Of a DNA stretch of 64,000 nucleotides, positions 30,752-40,544 are shown one piece after another. Position 1 is the stretch's first letter. Every line of letters starts with the position of its first letter. Made by a program: the position numbers and the translations under genes. The stretch lies in assembly GCA_963799845.1 (NCBI GenBank), contig CAWCYI010000004.1, positions 1,504,001 through 1,568,000 of the forward strand, in the 5' to 3' direction. The notes beneath the pieces are model-generated. The model was not told the origin of the DNA, did no database searches, and saw nothing but the letters and a program-made list of their open reading frames with translations. Source of the stretch: an uncultured Nitrososphaerota archaeon. GTDB taxonomy: Archaea > Thermoproteota > Nitrososphaeria > Nitrososphaerales > CADDZS01.

Positions 30752-32143
30752 ATGACACGTTTGAAGGTAGAAGAAGAATTGAGAGATAAGCGAAAGTCGA
30801 AACCTGCAGCTTTCAATGAGAAAAGGGAGGAAGGAAAATTCGAGTCAGAGAACTGGAATGAGACTTACGATAAAGTAGACGCCGATATTTGTGGTCCCCA
30901 TCCAACAGTCCGCGAGATGCGTTTCGAATACGAGTCCGAGGCCTTGGAGCAGAGCATCAAAGAGAATGGGCAGCTCGAACCATGCAGAGCAGTAAGGAGT
31001 GAAGAGGATGGAGTGCATTTGCTAGTATACATCGGTCAGAGAAGACTGCAAGCTGTAAAGACACTCAAGACCAAATACGGAAAGTCATCTATGTTGAAGG
31101 TAATAATCGATGAAGACGATATCTCGGAAGAGGAGCTGATCAAAAGAGCCCTTGCGGAAAATATCGACGAAAATGGTCAAAGGTTGCCCCTCTCCGACCT
31201 AGAGAAAGTGGCCTACTGCAAGAATATGCTTGGAAAGTACGATGGGCAAAAGGTGGAAAAGATTCTCATAAACGCAGGCCTCGAGCGCAACACGGCTAGG
31301 AGAATCGTCTCTCTAGTGGATAAATTTGATAATCAAAAGATAGATCGCCTTCACAAGATAGAAGCCAAATCGAATTTCAGATTCAGGATCGCACATCTTG
31401 ACATTCTCCTTGATTCTGAGGACGAAGAGAACCTTTACGAGACAGCTTCTCTGGCGGCTTTCAGTCAAAAGCCCCCTGAGGAAATAAAAACGCTGAGACA
31501 GGCGGCCAATCATTTTTCAAAGGATATTCCATGGTTCAACGAGATTTTTCCAGAGTTCGGTCATGAGGATCGTCATGATGAGGAACTAGAAAGTAGTGGA
31601 GATCGGAAAGGAGAAGATCCTCGCGATAATTTTGATCTACAGGAAACCCCAGAAGCCAATAGAACAGGAAGCCCTGAAGGTACTCTAACCAACCATAGTA
31701 AGGAATCAGAATCGGGTTTCGGTGCTTTGCCGGAGCCTATCATTCTTATTTCATGTTGCTACTGCAAGTCGATTAATCCATTAAAGCTCAGAACGAGTTC
31801 GCCTGAATTCATTTTCTGCAACCTGAAAGAGGGAGGGATGATAGAACAGTGCTCGATCGGAGCAAACACAGTATTTGACTGCGAAAGGGAGTGCGCCGTC
31901 TGCGGAGAGGCATTCTGGGTAACTGCCAGCGTTTTGGAAGGGGGCAAGATCGTAGTCGAAACCTCGAGATCAAGAATCATCGAAGTACCGAAAAAGGAAG
32001 CTTCAGTTCGGAAGGTGTTCTGGGAACAAAAGGATGGAGGAGCAAGCTGGATGTTATACGACGAAACATCGAAGAAGAAGTACAAGTTCGATTCACGGAA
32101 ATCAGACAGTGGAGAATCTAGTGTGCGCACCCGAGAGAAGTGA
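30752..32143 (+). CDS. ParB/Srx N-terminal domain protein with C-terminal Cys-rich domain
   Basis: LEQSIKENGQLEP..VYIGQRRLQA..ALAENI..LSDLE. Confidence 0.8.
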   Translation: MTRLKVEEELRDKRKSKPAAFNEKREEGKFESENWNETYDKVDADICGPHPTVREMRFEYESEALEQSIKENGQLEPCRAVRSEEDGVHLLVYIGQRRLQAVKTLKTKYGKSSMLKVIIDEDDISEEELIKRALAENIDENGQRLPLSDLEKVAYCKNMLGKYDGQKVEKILINAGLERNTARRIVSLVDKFDNQKIDRLHKIEAKSNFRFRIAHLDILLDSEDEENLYETASLAAFSQKPPEEIKTLRQAANHFSKDIPWFNEIFPEFGHEDRHDEELESSGDRKGEDPRDNFDLQETPEANRTGSPEGTLTNHSKESESGFGALPEPIILISCCYCKSINPLKLRTSSPEFIFCNLKEGGMIEQCSIGANTVFDCERECAVCGEAFWVTASVLEGGKIVVETSRSRIIEVPKKEASVRKVFWEQKDGGASWMLYDETSKKKYKFDSRKSDSGESSVRTREK

Positions 32144-32146
32144 AGA

Positions 32147-32719
32147 TTGAGTCTCAAGGTTTCATCGAAGGAAGGCGAAGGTGTTGGCGTTCGAGAGACA
32201 CCTTGTCCAAGACCAGCAGAAGATCGACAGACCAGATTCGAGTTTACGAGGTTGATAATCGTGATTTTTATGTTCGTATCCGTGCGTGGACCACTCTTCC
32301 GAGTGGAGGATCTAACTGCGATGGGGTGGAACAGACTATATGTCTGGAGAGCCTTGAACAGCCTTGTAAAAGCTGGTATCCTAGAAAAGTTTGATCGCAA
32401 ATCCTATGGCATAACTGACGATGCACGCAAGTTGTTCAGAACGGCTTTTGGAGGAGGAGTAAATGATGCCTCTTTTGCCTATTCCACAATGGCGGTCGAG
32501 ACGTGGAGCGAAATTAGGCTAGATCGCTTCAAGTCAAAGCTTAGTGAGATATGGGAGGAAAGACCGGAAAGAGTCAAGCAAGATCCAGCAAGATTTGGAT
32601 TAACTTTGAACCAGGCCGACTATTCCAGCCTGACAAATCTACTCCACGAAAAGATCGAAGAGGCTTCTTATGTTGCGTCAATGCTCAAAAAAAGAACCGA
32701 TACAGACGGGGCAAAGTAG
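32147..32719 (+). CDS. winged-helix DNA-binding protein
   Basis: VWRALNSLVKAGILEKFDRKSYGIT. Confidence 0.6.
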   Translation: MSLKVSSKEGEGVGVRETPCPRPAEDRQTRFEFTRLIIVIFMFVSVRGPLFRVEDLTAMGWNRLYVWRALNSLVKAGILEKFDRKSYGITDDARKLFRTAFGGGVNDASFAYSTMAVETWSEIRLDRFKSKLSEIWEERPERVKQDPARFGLTLNQADYSSLTNLLHEKIEEASYVASMLKKRTDTDGAK

Positions 32720-32726
32720 CTTAATT

Positions 32727-32808
32727 TGTAACATGAAAATATCATAATTCGTAACTTGAAAAGTAAGTTACTAATTAAGTAACTTTGATGTTACACTTTA
32801 CGTTACAT
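32727..32808. repeat. AT-rich array of GTAAC/GTTAC motifs (parS/iteron/operator-like)
   Basis: motifs at 32728, 32751, 32767, 32779, 32790, 32802; palindrome aagttact-aatta-agtaactt. Confidence 0.7.
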
Positions 32809-33004
32809 GGGCTTTTTCGATCCTCGTTATCCAACGTACAGCGCCCGGATATTTGCTTTCACTTGAAGTCTCTCTCAGATTAGTTTAGGACCCTTCATAG
32901 TGTCGGAAAGAGGGACTCTCTGTCCGATTCTTCGGCGTTTTAAACGAATTCACATTCCAAGCAGTTTAGGACATAATTGCTTGAGGAGAGAAAAGTGTAC
33001 TAAG

Positions 33005-33226
33005 ATGAAGAATTGCCATCACAGTGGTGGTCAACGCTTCTTCTCGATTTGTACAACAAGCGAATCGACGGCACCTGGCGATGGTAGAGGACGGGATAAA
33101 GATGAGGATGATCCCAGATGCGACTTTTGTGGAACTTATGAAGATCTAAGAGGACACGTTGACTCTGAGAAGAGTTCTGAGATATTCTACCTCTGCGAGA
33201 CTTGCTGCAGGGAGCTTCACGGATGA
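33005..33226 (+). CDS. small zinc-finger protein
   Basis: CDFCG...LCETC. Confidence 0.45.
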   Translation: MKNCHHSGGQRFFSICTTSESTAPGDGRGRDKDEDDPRCDFCGTYEDLRGHVDSEKSSEIFYLCETCCRELHG

Positions 33227-33247
33227 AAGAAAGGTGAGATCGAAGGA

Positions 33248-35837
33248 TTGACAACCAGTATCGCGCAAGGCGAACAGGAGTTAGGAGTGTTCCCCGCAGC
33301 ACTTTTCAAACTGGTAATTATAGCAGTGATTCTTGGAGCTTCTTTTCTGATTGTCTTCTTTGCTCCGACTTCTTTCTCCACTTCGACTTCGAGCTCCTAT
33401 ACATTGACAGTAAGCTCGCCTTACGGCACTTCATATGGGTCCGGAAGCTATCCGAACGGCACTACCGCCACCTTCGGCATATCTGCGACAACCGTCTACA
33501 GCCCTGAAGGTACTACAAGGTACATATTCGCGGGATGGTCTTGTTCCGGCAGCGGCTGCTATTCAGGATCCAGCCCCTCGGACTCGGTAGTCATGAACGA
33601 TAATATCGTTGAAAATGCGGATTGGATAACTCAGTACCTACTTTCGATCTCGGTGACAGGAAATGGATCAGTGAATCCAACAGGGCAGAACTGGTATGAT
33701 GCTGGTTCAATAGTCGAGGTTTCCGAAACTCCCCAAGGAGGGACATGGATTTTTGACTATTGGGAACTTGGCGGGGAGAACGTCGGTTCATCGCAGACAT
33801 ACACAGTTGCAATGGACTCGCCCCAGGATCTCATTGCCAATTTCATTGACGCTCAGATACAATCGAAGCTAGTGAATGTGACTGACTCTTACGGGAACAA
33901 CCTGAGAAATCCAGACGGGACCTTTTACAGACTGGACAAGTTCGAGATACAGTATGAAGTGGTCATCGTTGGAGGGAATAGTATTCTCCCTCCGAGCATT
34001 ACATTCGTTGTAAACGTCACTTATCCTCAGAACGTTCTAAGTGAGACCGAGAACGGAAGTGATTTTTCGATCTTCACGGTATTGCCAAATGCCGTATTTG
34101 CGCCCTACAACATTACGCTCACCGCTTCCATACTGAATTCAGTCGACGATTCAAGGAGATCTATTCCGAATTACAACTACGAGCCCTTCGCGGTCGTTAA
34201 TTATTCCCCCTATTTTGCCTACTTTACATACATGGATTACAACGCTCTAAATTCCTCAACTTATGAAAGACCTTTTGTCGTTCTTCTAAGATACGACGGA
34301 AATTCTCCAGGATACAGACTATTCAGGAGACATCAACACCGATCCATTCAGCTCTTCAAACTCAACGGGTGAGAGAGTCATTGTAAACAGCTTCACTTTC
34401 TCGACAAAGGGCTGGAGCATTTTCTCGAACCTCAGCATCGTCAACGATTCATTTGGCGTGACAAATTTCCTCTATCATCCAGACCTCAGCTTGTCTTCTA
34501 CGCTCCTGAACAACAAGACAGGATTTCCTACCGTGATAACTTGGTCAAATAGAGTTCAGAAGTACTACTTCCTCTCTAACATCCAACAGATCGAGAATTA
34601 CGTGAGTGCTGATTCAATAATATACTTCAATGTGACCGCGTGTGCATGGTATGACAATAGTTACGGCTCTTCTAATTATCGAACTAACGATTTCAACACT
34701 TCCTATCTGTACCAGCCTATATTTTTCAACGGCTACCTGGTGTTCAAGCCTTACGGCGGCTCAGATGCGAACTTCTCGGTTACGATTGTCTCGCACAATC
34801 CCGCCCCGCTCGATTCTTATGTCGTCTCCGAGGCTTCTTCGGTTTTTGGGAACGACACAAAGGCAACCAGTTCGTTAGACCAGGATCTCTATCCAGCATA
34901 TTCTACAACGATCTTGAAACCGTTAATTTCGGATTCTCAAGAGTGGGTGTTTTTGATAAACCAGACCAATCTCGCGACCTCGAATTCAGACACGATGCCG
35001 TACTTTACTATTTCAGTTTCTGGAAAGGTTGGATATACCCAATACATTTACGAGGCAAACAATCCGCCTTATTACTTGAGCGCCCCAGTCACTTACTATC
35101 AAGCTGTCGAGAGCACTACTTACAATGTCTCTGACTATTTTGGACTCTTCGCGATGAGTGATTTTCCTACTTCCTTCCCCTTCCAAGATCTCACCGGATA
35201 TTATTTCATGCAGCCGTCCGTGGGAGAGGATCTCGTCATGCAGCCTCTAAATTTCTCGTTTTCCTCTTCCGCATCCATTCCCTACTTGGTAAGAACATAT
35301 TCAGATCCTACCGGACCTTTCTTCGTATCGTACGAACCAGGGAATCTGACCCAATCCTATGCTATGGTCTATGGAGAAAATTCAATGACCGTCGTATCAT
35401 CGAACTTTGTTGGCGGAGGAATAGGCCTCGACGGCAATCCGGTATCTGAGAACGGAGGGACTTCCTATGAAGTGTCACTGCTCATAGGAAACCAGAGTGG
35501 CGGAGCCTCTTATGTTTGGGTAGTGAGCGACAAAGGTCAAGTTCTGTATAACGAGAGCCTACTCGCTTCCTCATCCTCGTCCATTTCAGGATTATTCGGG
35601 CCTGCCGGATACGTTGGAGAATACACACTACAGTTCCCCGTTGGAAACGCTAGCAGCTCTGTTTCGATTTATATCGAAAACGCTTGGGGCGGCATGAGCA
35701 TAATTGAAGGACTGGAGATAACTCCGAGTTCTCCCCCGCCTCTGTATTATTCTTCGGAGTTTCTCGCTGCTATACTCGTAATTGCATTCATGATATGGTT
35801 CTGTTCGGCCTTTGGTCGGCGAATGAAGTTCTCATGA
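33248..35837 (+). CDS. large membrane-anchored surface glycoprotein with InlB-B/Flg_new-like repeats; frameshift near 34315; 3' end overlapped by the tnpB element TIR
   Basis: N-terminal TM, YTLTVSSPYG..GSGSY..FAGWS and QYLLSISVTGNGSV..FDYW repeats, many NxS/T sequons, C-terminal TM. Confidence 0.7.
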
Positions 35838-37170
35838 ATTCTCTACTTCACTCTTTCCTCTGACCTCAGCTTACTCGAATCGACTCGAAGAATCACCGTC
35901 GGCGTCTGCGGGTTCCCCCTCACTGCTTCACTTTCGAGTCCTTTTACGTTGTGAGACTGTGCGAACCTCACCCAGCCTCTGCGAAAGATGTTCATGACAG
36001 CTACTAGATCTCTGTCAAACCATCTTTTGCATGCGATACACCAGAGCTCTCTTTTATGTTCGGCATCGCTTTTGAGTGGTTGTTGGAGTCTCTCCCCGCA
36101 TATGTAGCACTCAAGCGAAGTTCCTCTGGTTTCTTTTTTAGTTAAGCGAATAACTGGAATCCCCTGCCAATTTGCTATATACTCTATCAACCTCTTTATT
36201 TCAGTGAAAGGCCAGTTGTTATTCATCATTCGTCGATATTTCCTGCCTTGATAGTTACCTTTTCCGTACATTGAGCGAATGTTTGTGATATCTTCAAAGA
36301 CTATGGCTAACCTATTGAGCGAGCAGAATGTAATGATGTCATTTGATACTAAATTCAAAATGCTTTGAGTTCGATTCTTCTTTCTTCTCCCATACTTCGA
36401 AATCATCCTCTTCCTGATTCGGAAATCGTTTCTAACGAAAGATTTTATGATCCCTTTTGTGGTCTCGCCTATCTCGACAATCTTGTTCATGTCGTAGTAT
36501 GCGACTCTTGATGGATTTCCAGTTGCCAGATTTCTCAGGTTCCGATCTATTCCAGCTGCTGAGGTTATGCCAGTTATCTCAGGTATTTCCTTTGCAATGC
36601 ACAGTGATAGGGATCTCTCAGTTAAAGTGAATGATCTTACTTTGATATCTAGGTCTGAAGCGAGAATCTTAACCGTATGTGCGTTCAACGAAATGAACTC
36701 ACACTTTCCTCTCCCGATCAGAATCCTTAGCTCTCCGTTTACAATCTTGAAACTGTAACACGAGACTACGATGGACTTCTTCAGATAAGGGTCTTTGGTT
36801 GGATGGCCTCTCTTGATCGATTTCTTTCTCGAAGCTAGTATTCCAGCAGCTTTGGATATTGCGCATAGCTTGTAGCAGGAAGGGACATTTCTGTACCTCT
36901 TGAGCTCTTTATAGGAGAGCATTGAAAGCTTCTTTAGGGCGGATACATTGTTATTTGCCAGTCCAATCCTGATAGCGTCGTTTGTCATTTGTCGATAATC
37001 ATTCATCAAGCAAAGTATTTCTTTCGATGGACAGTAAGATTGCTTGATAGATTTCCTTGCAAGCACTTGGAATACCCTCATGACAGCAAATCTCTCAATA
37101 TTTGAACATTGTTAGCTTTTTTCAAATATTTGATTGATTTTTCTCCCCGAACCAAAGTCTGAACACAACC
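35797..37170 (-). mobile_element. second tnpB element with IS6-like TIRs
   Basis: ggttctgttcggcctttggt (35797-35816) vs reverse complement of 37151-37170 ggttgtgttcagactttggt, 17/20 identical; no TSD retained. Confidence 0.78.
35843..37081 (-). CDS. tnpB: RNA-guided endonuclease TnpB (intact ORF)
   Basis: GIDRN / VFEDI / DRDLVAVMNI RuvC triad, CYICG..WCIAC zinc finger; clear homolog of 11228-12452. Confidence 0.92.
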   Translation of the reverse strand: MRVFQVLARKSIKQSYCPSKEILCLMNDYRQMTNDAIRIGLANNNVSALKKLSMLSYKELKRYRNVPSCYKLCAISKAAGILASRKKSIKRGHPTKDPYLKKSIVVSCYSFKIVNGELRILIGRGKCEFISLNAHTVKILASDLDIKVRSFTLTERSLSLCIAKEIPEITGITSAAGIDRNLRNLATGNPSRVAYYDMNKIVEIGETTKGIIKSFVRNDFRIRKRMISKYGRRKKNRTQSILNLVSNDIITFCSLNRLAIVFEDITNIRSMYGKGNYQGRKYRRMMNNNWPFTEIKRLIEYIANWQGIPVIRLTKKETRGTSLECYICGERLQQPLKSDAEHKRELWCIACKRWFDRDLVAVMNIFRRGWVRFAQSHNVKGLESEAVRGNPQTPTVILRVDSSKLRSEERVK

Positions 37171-37363
37171 AGCTCCTATCGTCAGCACTTCTTGATATTT
37201 CTTGTTGCGAATTCTTAGAAACACCGGAAATCCTAATGACGGGTTGACAATAATAATTATGGCATGAAATCGCTTATTTTCAGGTACTGTAATAATTGTG
37301 CGATTTCAGAGCACCGTCTCTTAAAACCTCATCCAGTTTACCTGTTTCTGGACAGGATAAGGA

Positions 37364-37738
37364 ATGTGTGCAGAAGTTCTATCTTGGCGCGAGGAGAATT
37401 GGTGGGAGCGAAAATCGATACCGCTGGGGAGCCATGCGCTTTCTCCTAGGCAGGTGTTTCTTCTTGCCACCCTTGGAGGACTCGGGGATCTCATATCGAG
37501 GCCGATTCCTCTTGCAATCTTCGGAATAATCTACATTGGAAAATTAATCCCTGTCTTCGCGATGCTCGCAGTAGGATTCGTTTTGAGTTCTCAGCGGGTA
37601 AGGATGATTCCCTTGGAGTTTGAGCTATTCTTCAAGGCTACTAAGAATAAAGATTTGATGACAGCGGCAAATTTAGGACATTTTCTAAACGCAGACAAAG
37701 CAGACAACGATGAGAAGGCAGGGAGTCAGATACAATGA
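37364..37738 (+). CDS. PrgI/VirB3-like membrane protein
   Basis: 2-TM small protein overlapping the virB4 start (ATGA). Confidence 0.55.
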   Translation: MCAEVLSWREENWWERKSIPLGSHALSPRQVFLLATLGGLGDLISRPIPLAIFGIIYIGKLIPVFAMLAVGFVLSSQRVRMIPLEFELFFKATKNKDLMTAANLGHFLNADKADNDEKAGSQIQ

Positions 37739-39768
37739 TGAACGACATTGTAGATGGAATCAGAAGAAAACTGAGACAAGTGGAGGTAAGCCACTCTCAT
37801 TCTGAAACTGCCAAAGAAGATTCTCCGCTCGCTCCTATGTGCTATGAGCTGCGTTCCATCAATCTGTGGGGAATGAAGGAAAGAGAGCAGGAGGAGGTCA
37901 TTGGAAGGTTCGTCCAATTTCTCAATGCGCTTGTGGAGCCCACGACGTTTAGAATAATAGAAGATTCCCGAGACGTGAGGGCAGGCGCCTCGATTTATGA
38001 AAATGCGAGATACAAACGGTATTTCATCGAAACAAGATCTGAGATGGACGCAGCGGTTTCGATGATCGGCGCGAGATACGAAAAGATTCCATATATCCCG
38101 GAGTTGAAAATGGTTCAGGCTTATCCTAAATATTTCATCGATGATTCTTCAAATTTCGTTCAGGTATCAAACATGACAAGACTGGGCGGTAGACTTCCTA
38201 CGGGCTTCTTATCGCAGGTGTACGGAATAGCTCACGAAGTCAGGGTGGAGATAGATCCTGTAAGTGAGATATTCAGGGCAAAGAGGATGGTCAACGAGCG
38301 GCTCTATTCTGTGAGCGAATCCATCGCGTACAGGCAATCCAGGAGCTGGCTGGTTGGAGCGGATTTGGTGACACAGAGAGAAAGACTCGAGCGGATAGCA
38401 AATGAGCTTTCGTCCTCCTCTCAGAGGCTCTTTCGAGTGAGGTTGAAGTTCGTACTTAGAGCCCCCACGATTGATCTTCTCAGGGAGAGGAAAAAGCTTC
38501 TGAAACAGGCGCTGGGCTCATTCGTCGAAGAGATTGATTCTCCTGCTTACCTTCAGATGCCGATGTACACGGGGAAGGGACCGGCCTGGACGACCGGGAG
38601 GTGGTTTTTCGTACCCACTGAAACTCTTGGCGTCTTTTTTCCATTTGCTGGATTGGATCTCATTGATCCTAAAGGTACCCTCGTGGGAGAAAATCTACTT
38701 ACACATAACGTCATCCTCTATGATATTTACGAGAAGGAGAATTACAACATTGCCCTAATAGGCTCGACGGGAGCTGGAAAATCGACTCTCATCAAGTCGT
38801 GGGTGTCGAGAATGGCTTTGGAGAATCCCGAGATGGTTTTGTTTACATTCGACGCTTTGGACAAGAGAGAGTACAGCGCCGGTCCGGACGGAGAATATGA
38901 GTCTTCGTTTGCCTTCAAAACTGGAAGCTCGGTGTACGTTCTGAAACAGAACGAGAAAACGGGACTGGACCCTTTCAAAATGTTCTTGGAAGAGGGAACA
39001 AACGAGCCAGACAGGAAAACTGTATCGGAATTCCTTTCTATGCTTTTGAATGAAGCGCGGGAACCAGAGCTTAGGACCGACCTGAGACTTGCCTGCGAAA
39101 AATCATCTTCTTTCGAAGATCTTCTTGCAAATTCGCCTCGTGATTTGAAAAAGCAGCTCGACGCGGATTTGAAGCCCTACAGGTTCCTTTTCGAGGGTGA
39201 ACCCATGCAGTGAGACTCGAGAACATGCTTTGTTATGAGCTCTCTTCCTGAATGGGCCAAAGATGTGGCACAATTCCTCGCTTTTTCTTACTCCTGGCAG
39301 ATCATTTCCCGACTTCCTATCAGCACGAAGAAGATGATTGTGGTAGACGAGGGATGGAGACTCATTGCCCCGGCGAGCTCCGGAAAATCGATGTCCCCCT
39401 CCAGGATGTCATCGCAGTTCAATGTCGCATCAACATACGTGCCTCGAATCGCAAGGACCGGAAGACATTACAACTGCTCTTTCATTCTTGCAACGCAACT
39501 CGCAAGAGACTTTTTCTCAGATAACTCGATTGGCCGCCCCATGATCGAATCTTGTTCTACCAAGATTGTGTTGAAGCAGGACGAGGCTGCCTCGGACCTC
39601 CTCACGGAACAGCTTTCTATGAGCCACGATGAAGGAAGATTCATCCAGAAGTGTACTCAAGGCCAAGGGCTCCTCCTGACCCCCGAGGGAAGAGTTCAGT
39701 TTTACAATTTGCTAAGTGAAGATGAGAAAAAGTCGTTCACGACAAAGCCGAAAGAGATGAAAATTTGA
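37735..39768 (+). CDS. virB4: VirB4-family conjugative ATPase, interrupted by one in-frame TGA (39211-39213)
   Basis: NYNIALIGSTGAGKS Walker A; after the TGA, in frame, IVVDEGW, ARTGRHYN..LATQ, IVLKQ, GQGLL. Confidence 0.85.
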
Positions 39769-40029
39769 AGCGCTCTAACTAAATTCGGACTGGTTAGCTA
39801 ATCAACCCTGCCCAAGGATTGAAAGGAAATTTCAGCAGCATATTTGTTTGATTTTGATTTTAATCAGTATTTCGAAATAGGTCCGTTACCATCCTTACTC
39901 TGTTTCTGCGATTCGTTCAGATTATTCCGTCGTCGCTCTTTCCAAAGACAGAGAAGCAGAAATGAGACACAGTTCCGCGTCTTAAGAACTGTCTAGCTCT
40001 CTCTGTCTATTCGAGGTCAAACACGAAAG

Positions 40030-40383
40030 ATGTCATCATCAGTTAACGTGACTAGACACGCCTTCGAAATGATCCTGATACTCCTCCTGCCACTGATAGT
40101 ATCATTCGTCTTCTATCTTGTCGCAGTGGCAGCTGCTGCAGCACAGCTACCAACGGTTGGTTACGGAGTGATCGCAACCCATATCGCAAACGGAGTCTCG
40201 TACATCTGGTGCATCACTGCTGCGTGCGCATCAACCGATCCAGCGCTTCCTACAATACTCTTGAATGCGATAAATGCAATCCTAATCCTTACGGCGATAC
40301 TCGGGACGCTCTTCATTGGATTCCGGCTGGGGCAGGCAATCATAGAGCAGCAGGGAGCGAGGCGTGGCGGGGAACAGCTCTAG
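40030..40383 (+). CDS. putative conjugative pilin (VirB2-like)
   Basis: small protein with a signal-like segment ending AAAAAQ and a hydrophobic mature part; lies between virB4 and the virB6-like gene. Confidence 0.5.
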   Translation: MSSSVNVTRHAFEMILILLLPLIVSFVFYLVAVAAAAAQLPTVGYGVIATHIANGVSYIWCITAACASTDPALPTILLNAINAILILTAILGTLFIGFRLGQAIIEQQGARRGGEQL

Positions 40384-40544
40384 AAGAAGTGTGGAAACTT
40401 CTTTCTGGAGATATGACAAGGGGGCGGGCAATTTGAAAGACGCTCTCTTTTCATTCCCTATAAGTTCCTGGGAATTTTGTTTGCAATTTAGAGCTTTGGA
40501 ATGTTTTGAATCTTGAGATCATCGTAGGTTAGGGTTGGAGAAAC

